Below are positions 57,640 to 64,000 of a stretch of DNA of 64,000 nt, one piece after another. The DNA comes from Squalus acanthias (Eukaryota). The translations under genes were made by a program, and so were the position numbers. The stretch lies in contig JASTWF010000035.1 of the NCBI GenBank assembly GCA_030390025.1, positions 3,906,001-3,970,000 on the forward strand, in the 5' to 3' direction. The notes under the pieces were generated by a model. It did no database searches and was not told the DNA's origin. It was given only the letters and a program-made list of their open reading frames with translations. Each line of letters begins with the position of its first letter. Within the stretch, counting starts at the first letter, position 1.

Positions 57640-60600
57640 TTTGGCAGATGGAATACAACACTGGAGATTTGGCAGATGGAATACAACACTGGAAAGTGTG
57701 AGGTGATGCACTTTGGCAGGAAAAATCCTAGAGCAATTTATTATCTTAATGGCAAGAAACTGGAGAGTACTGAAGTGCAAAGGGATCTGGGGGTCCTGGT
57801 GCACGAAACTCAAAAGGTTAGTATGCAGGTGCAGCAAGTGATTAAGAAGGCAAATGGAATGTTGGCTTTCATTGCTAGGGGGATAGAATGTAAAAATAGG
57901 GAGGTATTGCTTCAGTTGTACAAGGTATTGGTGAGACCGCACCTGGAATACTGCATACAGTTTTGGTGTCCTTACTTAAGGAAAGACATCCTTGCTCTCG
58001 AGGCAGTGCAAAAAAGGTTCACACGGTTAATCCCGGGGATGAGGGGGTGGTCATATGAGGAGAGGTTGGGTAGATTGGGACTCTACTCATTGGAGTTCAG
58101 AAGAATGAGAGGCGATCTTATTGAAACATATAAGATTGTGAAGGGGTTGGATCGGGTGGATGCGGGGAGGATGTTCCCGATGACGGGTGAGACTAGAACT
58201 AGGGGACATAGTCTTAGAATAAGGGGCTGCTCTTTCAAAACTGAGATGAGGAGGAACTACTTCACTCAGAGGGTGGTAGGTCCATGGAATATGCTGCCAC
58301 AAAAAGCTGTAGAAGCTACATCATTAAATAAATTTAAAACAGAAATAGACAGTTTCCTAGAAGTAAAGGGCATTAAGGGTTACGGGGAGCGGGCAGGAAT
58401 TTGGACATGAGTCTAGGTTCGGATCGGTCATGGCCCTGTGGGTAGTGGAGCGGGCCCAAGGACTGTGTAGCCTGATTCTGCTCCTATTTCGTGTGTGCAA
58501 TTCTGTTAGATGCAGGAGATGGTTCTGTGATAGTAGATAGTAGATTGGCGGTTAGGATCAGATCAGCCATGATCTTATTGAATGGCGGAGCAGGCTCGAG
58601 GGGCCGATTGGCCTACTCCTGCTCCTACATAGATACATAGATACATAGAAGATAGGAGCAGGAGTAGGCCATCCGGCCCTTCGAGCCTGCTCCGCCATTT
58701 AATGAGATCATGGCTGATCCTCCAATTCAGTATCCCGTCCCCGCCTTCTCTCCGTAACCCTTAACCCCTTTTGCCTGTAGAAATATATCTAATTCCCTCT
58801 TAAATATATTTAATGAGCTGGCGTACACTGCCCTCTGTGGCAATGAGTTCCACAGGTTCACCACCCTCTGAGTGAAGAAATTCCCCCTCATTTCTGTCCT
58901 AAATGGTTTAGCCCTTATCCTTAAATTATGTCCTCTAGTTCTGTTCCCACCCGCCAAGGGAAACATTCCTTCTGCATCTAGTCTGTCTAGACCTGTCAGA
59001 ATTTTATACACTTCTATGAGGTCCCCTCTCAATCTTCTAAACTCCAGTGTGTACATCCCTAAACTACATAGTCTCTCCTCATAGGTCAATCCCGCCATTC
59101 CTGGTATCAGCCTGGTGAATCGCCGCTGCACCCCCTCCATGGCAAGAACATCTTTCCTCAGATGAGGCGACCAAAACTGTACACAGTACTCGAGGTGTGG
59201 TCTCACCAGTGCCCTGTACAGCTGCAGCAAGGTATCCCTGTTCCTGTATTCCAACCCTTTTGCTATGAAGGCCAGCATACCGTTTGCCTTCTTGACCGCC
59301 TGTTGCACCTGCATGCTCGCCTTCAGTGACTGGTGTACAAGAACACCCAGGTCTCTCTGTACTTCCCCCTCCCAATTTATTGCCATTTAAATAATAATTT
59401 GCCCTCCCGTTCCTGCACCCAAGGTGGATAACTTCGCACTTGTCCACATTATAGTGCATCTGCCATTTATCCGCCCAATCACCCAGTCTGTCCAAATCGC
59501 TCTGGAGCTTCCTGGTCTCCTCCTCTGAGCCCACCCCCCCTCCTAGTTTAGTGTCGTCTGCAAATTTGGAAATGCTGCATCCGACTCCCTGATCCAGGTC
59601 ATTAATGTAAATTGTGAACAGCTGGGGGACCCAGGACAGATCCCTGTGGTACCCCACTTGTTACTGCTTGCCATTCAGAAAATGAGCCGTTTATTCCAAC
59701 TCTCTGTTTTCTATCTGACAGCTAGTTCTCTATCCACGTCAATACTTTCCCCTTTATCCCATGAGCTTCAATTTTCCCTGCTAATCTTTTATGTGGGACC
59801 TTATCGAAGGCCTTTTGGAAGTCCAGGTACACCACATCTACTGGCTCTCCCCCATCTATTTTACCAGTTACTCCCTCAAAAAATTCCAATAGATTAGTCA
59901 AGCACGATTTACCCTTTGTAAATCCATGTTGACTCTGTCCTATCCTGTCCCCATTTGCTAAGTGCTCCGCTATTTCATCCTTAATGATGGACTCCAGCAT
60001 TTTGCCCACAACTGATGTAAGGCTTACAGGTCTGTAATTACCTGCTTTTTCCCTACCCCCCTTTTTGAATAGTGGGGTAACGTTAGCTACCCTCCAATCC
60101 ATGGGCACTGTTCCCGAGTCTAATGAATTCTGAAAAATCATACTTAGTGCATCCGCTATCTCTAGGGCCACCTCCTTCAGTACCCTAGGATGCATGTTAT
60201 CAGGCCCTGGGGATTTGTCCGCCTTCAATCCCTTTAGCTTCCTTAACACCATATCCTTAGAGATATTGATTTGCGTCAGTTCCTCCTTTGCCAATGTCCC
60301 TATTTTTCCCGATATCCCAGGGAGGTTTTTTGTGTCTTCCTTCGTAAAGACTGACCCAAAGTATGCATTTAGTTGGTCTGCCATTTCCTTATTTCCCGTT
60401 ATATATTCCCCCGTATCTGACTGCAATGGGCCAACTTTGGTTTTCACCAGTCTTTTCCTCTTGATATACTTATAAAAGCTTTTGGAGTTAGTTTTTATAT
60501 TTTCCGCCAGCTTGCTTTCGTAAGCTATTTTGCCCCTCTTGATTAAGCCCTTTGTCCTCCTTTGCTCTATCTTAAACTGTTCCCAATCTTCCGCTCTGGC

Positions 60601-61071
60601 GCTTTTTTTGGCTATTTTATACGCCCTATCTTTGGATTTTATGCTGTCTCTAATTTCCCCTGTTATCCACGGTTGAGTCACCTTTTTAGATTTCCTTTTA
60701 TGCCAGATTGGTATAAACAATTTTTGCAATTTTGTCATTCTATCTTTAAATGCTTGCCATTGTTTATCTACCTCCAGTCCTCCCAGGAACGTTGTCCAAT
60801 CAGACCTACTCAGTTCCCGTCTAATGGCATCATAATTCCCCTTGTTTAAATTCAGGACCTTAGTCTCTGAGTCAATTTCTTCGCTCTCCATTTCGAGTGA
60901 GAAATCGATCATGTTATGATCGCTCTGACCCAAGGGTCCCCGTACAACAAGATTACTAATTAGTCCCTTCTCATTGCACAGTACCCAGTCCAATATAGCC
61001 TGTTCCCGAGTTGGTTCCTCGACATATTGATCCAGATAACCATCCCTATTTCTTATGTTCTTATGTTATGT
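57640..61071 (+). mobile_element. 5'-truncated CR1 (same family as 26289-30158); tail displaced to 61046-61071 by a nested CR1
   Basis: ORF2 C-terminus 57666-58410 and 3'UTR to about 58627; (TTCTTATG)n tail resumes after CCTA at about 61046. Confidence 0.88.
58628..61045 (-). mobile_element. 5'-truncated CR1 inserted in the tail of the previous CR1
   Basis: 423-aa and downstream RT ORFs with a stop and frameshifts; (TCTATGTA)n tail. Confidence 0.92.
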
Positions 61072-62304
61072 AACAGTGTAATAGGCCGAGGACGGTGAGG
61101 TCAGAGTGGGAGTGAAGCGGTGAATTAAAGTGACATGCGACCGGGAGCTCGGGGTCCCCCTTACGGACTGAACGGAGGTGTTCCGCAAAGCGGTCACCCA
61201 ATCTGCGTTTGGTCTCCCCAATGTAGAGGAGACCACATCGTGAGCAGCGAATACAGTATACTAAATTGCAGGAAGTACAAGTAAATTGCTGTTTCACCTG
61301 GAAGGGGTGTTTGGGGCCCTGGACAGTGGGAAGAGGGGAGGTATAAGGGCATGTGTTGCATCTCCTGCGCGTGCACGGGAAGGTGCCGGGCGAAGGGGAA
61401 GGGGTGCTGGGGTTGGTAGAGGAGTGGACTAGGGTGTCGCGGAGGGAGCGGTCTCTGCGGAATGCTGAAAGGGGAGGTGAGGGGAAGATGTGTTTGGTGG
61501 TGGGATCACGCTGGAGGTGGTGGAAATGGCGGAGGATGATCCGTTGAATGTGGAGGCTGGTGGGGTGAAAGGTGAGGACAAGGGGAACCCTATCGTGGTT
61601 CCGGGAGGGAGGGGCAGGGGTGAGGGCAGAAGTGCGGGAGATAGAACGGACACGGTCGGGGGCCGTGTCGACCACGGTAGAGGGGAATCCTCGGTTGAGG
61701 AAAAAGGAAGACATGTCGGAAGCACTGGTATGGAAGGTGGCATCATCAGAGCAGATGCGGCGGAGACGGAGAAACTGGGAGAATGGAATAGAGTCCTTAC
61801 AGGAGGCGGGGTGGGAGGAAGTGTAGTCCAGGTAGCTGTGGGAGTCAGTGGGCTTGTAGTGAATGTTAGTCAATAACCTATCCCCAGAGATGGAGATGGA
61901 GAAGTCGAGGAAGGGAAGGGAAGAGTCGGAGATGGACCATGTGAAGGTGAGGGAAGGGTGGAAATTGGAAGCATAGTGAATGAAATGTTCTAGTTCAGGG
62001 CGAGAGCAGGAGACGGCACCGATACAGTCATCAATGTACCGGAAAAAGAGGTGAGGGAGGGGACCCGAGTAGGACTGGAACAAAGAGTGTTCCACATATC
62101 CCACGAAAAGGCAGGCATAGCTAGGACCCATGCGGGTACCCATAGCAACACCTTTAATTTGGAGGAAATGGGTAGAGTCAAAGGAGAAGTTGTTCAATGT
62201 GAGAACAAGTTCAGCCAGGCGGAGGAGGGTGGTTCCACATTGTTGGGTAGGTGCCAGTGTTGTAGCTGTACTGTTAGTTCTGGGGCACAAGTCTTCAGGA
62301 TGGT

Positions 62305-63600
62305 ATGTTGCCTCCTGGTGCCAGGGTCAAGGATGTCACTGAGCGGCTGTAGGACATTCTGGGGGGTGAGGGTGAACAGCCAGATGTCGTGGTCCAAATC
62401 GGTACCAATGACATAGGTAGAAAGAGGGATGAGGTCCTGCAGGCAGATTTTAGGGAGTTAGGAAAAAGATTAAAAAGCAGGACCTCAAAGGTAGTAATCT
62501 CGGATTACTCCCGGTGCCACGTGCTAGTGAGTACAGGAATAGGAGGATAGAGCAGATGAATGCATGGCTGGAGAGATGGTGCAGGAGGGAGGGTTTTAGA
62601 TTCCTGAGGCATTGGGAGCGTTTCTGGGGAAGGTGGGACCTGTACAGGCCGGACAGGTTACACCTCAACAGGACCGGGATGAATATACTCGTGGGGGGAT
62701 TGCTGGTGCTGTTGAGGAGGGTTCAAATTAGCTTGGCAGGGGGAATGGGAACCTGAGAGTGGATTCAGAAGGAAAAGAAGCAAAGCTGGAAATGGAAGGC
62801 AGCAAATTAGTAAGCAAGTTTGGAAGGCAGAGAAAACAAAGGCTAGAAAATAGACAACAGGGAGTTTGGCAGTGCTAAATGGTATATACGTCAACGCAAG
62901 GCGTCTCGGGAATAAGGCAGATGAGCTGAGCCCACAGATAGACACGTGGGAGTATGGTGTTATAGCTATTACTGAGAAATGGCTGAAAGAAGGGCAGTTA
63001 TGGCAGCTCAACATTCCTGGTTACAGGGTTTTCAGACGGGATAGAGAGGGGGATAAAAAAGGAGAGGGGGGTCACAATATTGATTAAAGAAACAATTACA
63101 GCTGTGAGGAGGGAGGATATCTTAGAAGGATCATTAAATGAGGCCATATGGGTTGAACTGAAAAACAAAAAAGGGGCAATCACACTGCTGGGAGTGTACT
63201 ATAGACCCCCAAACAGTCAAAGGGAGATAGAAGAGCAAATATGTAGACAAATTTCTGAGACGTGCAAAAATAGGGCAGTAATAGTCGGGGATTTCAACTT
63301 CCCTAATATTAACTGGGATAAAATTAATGTGAAAGGTATGGAGGGAGCAGAATTCTTAAAATGCATTCAGGAGAATTTTTTAGCCAGTGTGTAACAAGCC
63401 CAACAAGAGACGGGGTGGTTCTGGACTTAGTTTTAGGGAATGAAGCTGGGCAGGTGGAAAGGGTATCAGTGGGAGAGCATATTGGTGGCAGTGATCATAA
63501 TTCAGTTAGATTTAGCGTAGTTATGGAAAAGGACAAAGATAGACCAGGAATAAAAGTTCTCAATTGGGGAAAAGCTAATTTTACTATGCTGAGGTGTGAT
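62305..63600 (+). mobile_element. CR1 fragment (ORF1 esterase end and APE domain)
   Basis: Degraded IGTND and D.LHLN, then IYVNAR and GDFNFP; closely matches 23420-24176 plus 31109-31267. Confidence 0.88.
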
Positions 63601-63619
63601 TTAATTGTCCACCACCATT

Positions 63620-64000
63620 AGAAACAATAAGCAAGGGAAAAATTAACGGGCATTTGGAGAGGTTTAAGCTAATTAAGGAGAGCCAACACGGATTTGTAAA
63701 AGGCAGATCGGGTTTGACTAATCTAATTGATTTTTTTGATGAAGTAACAGAGACAATTGATGAAGGGAATGCAATGGATGTTGTTTACATGGATTTTCAG
63801 AAGGCGTTTGACAAAGTACCACATAGAAGGCTGGTTAACAAAATTGAGGTTCATGGAATAGGTGGGTCAGTGGCAGCTTGGATAAGGAATTGACTTAAGG
63901 ACAGAAAACAGCGAGTTGTGGTAAATGTCTGTTTTTCAGACTGGAGGATGGTAGACAGTGGTGTTCCCAAGGGTCAGTGCTGTGGCCACTGCTTTTTTTG
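63620..64000 (+). mobile_element. CR1 RT fragment
   Basis: QHGFVKG and [16 protein letters not shown] motifs; runs off the window edge. Confidence 0.85.

Larger units (their letters stand above)
57130..62232 (-). mobile_element. 5'-truncated Penelope-like retroelement (RT and GIY-YIG), pieces 62232-61073 and 57639-57130
   Basis: GVAMGTRMGP, RYIDD, YKPTD and NLVYCIRC..C..LYIGET motifs; ORF resumes LLHC|STEAQRKLEEQHLIFRLGTLQPSGLN across the CR1 stack; TTCCACATT duplicated at 57121-57129 / 62233-62241 within a family Z fragment. Confidence 0.92.

Overview
Eukaryotic (vertebrate, most likely elasmobranch/shark) genomic DNA made almost entirely of nested transposable elements; no recognisable host gene, and no prokaryotic system such as CRISPR. 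It contains about 20 CR1 LINE pieces from several families, a second CR1/Jockey-group LINE family, two RTE LINEs, an L2 fragment, two tRNA-derived SINEs, two Penelope-like (PLE) insertions that each carry a minimal hammerhead ribozyme motif, and five PIF/Harbinger-related elements. Two long minisatellites and a 200-N assembly gap are also present. The most notable items are: (i) a complete two-gene Harbinger (48115-52298) with TIRs, a CTT target-site duplication (TSD), an open DDE transposase and a three-exon Myb/SANT gene whose first intron is stop-free in frame; (ii) a composite Harbinger (33434-41172) with two left ends, one right end and 3.4 kb of CR1 cargo, flanked by a clean AGA TSD; (iii) hammerhead motifs at 3839-3875 and 57229-57265, the first inside a perfect 78-bp palindrome. 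These are variants of known TE biology; I cannot support a claim of a wholly new system from sequence alone. Coordinates were read by eye and junctions may be off by a few bases.
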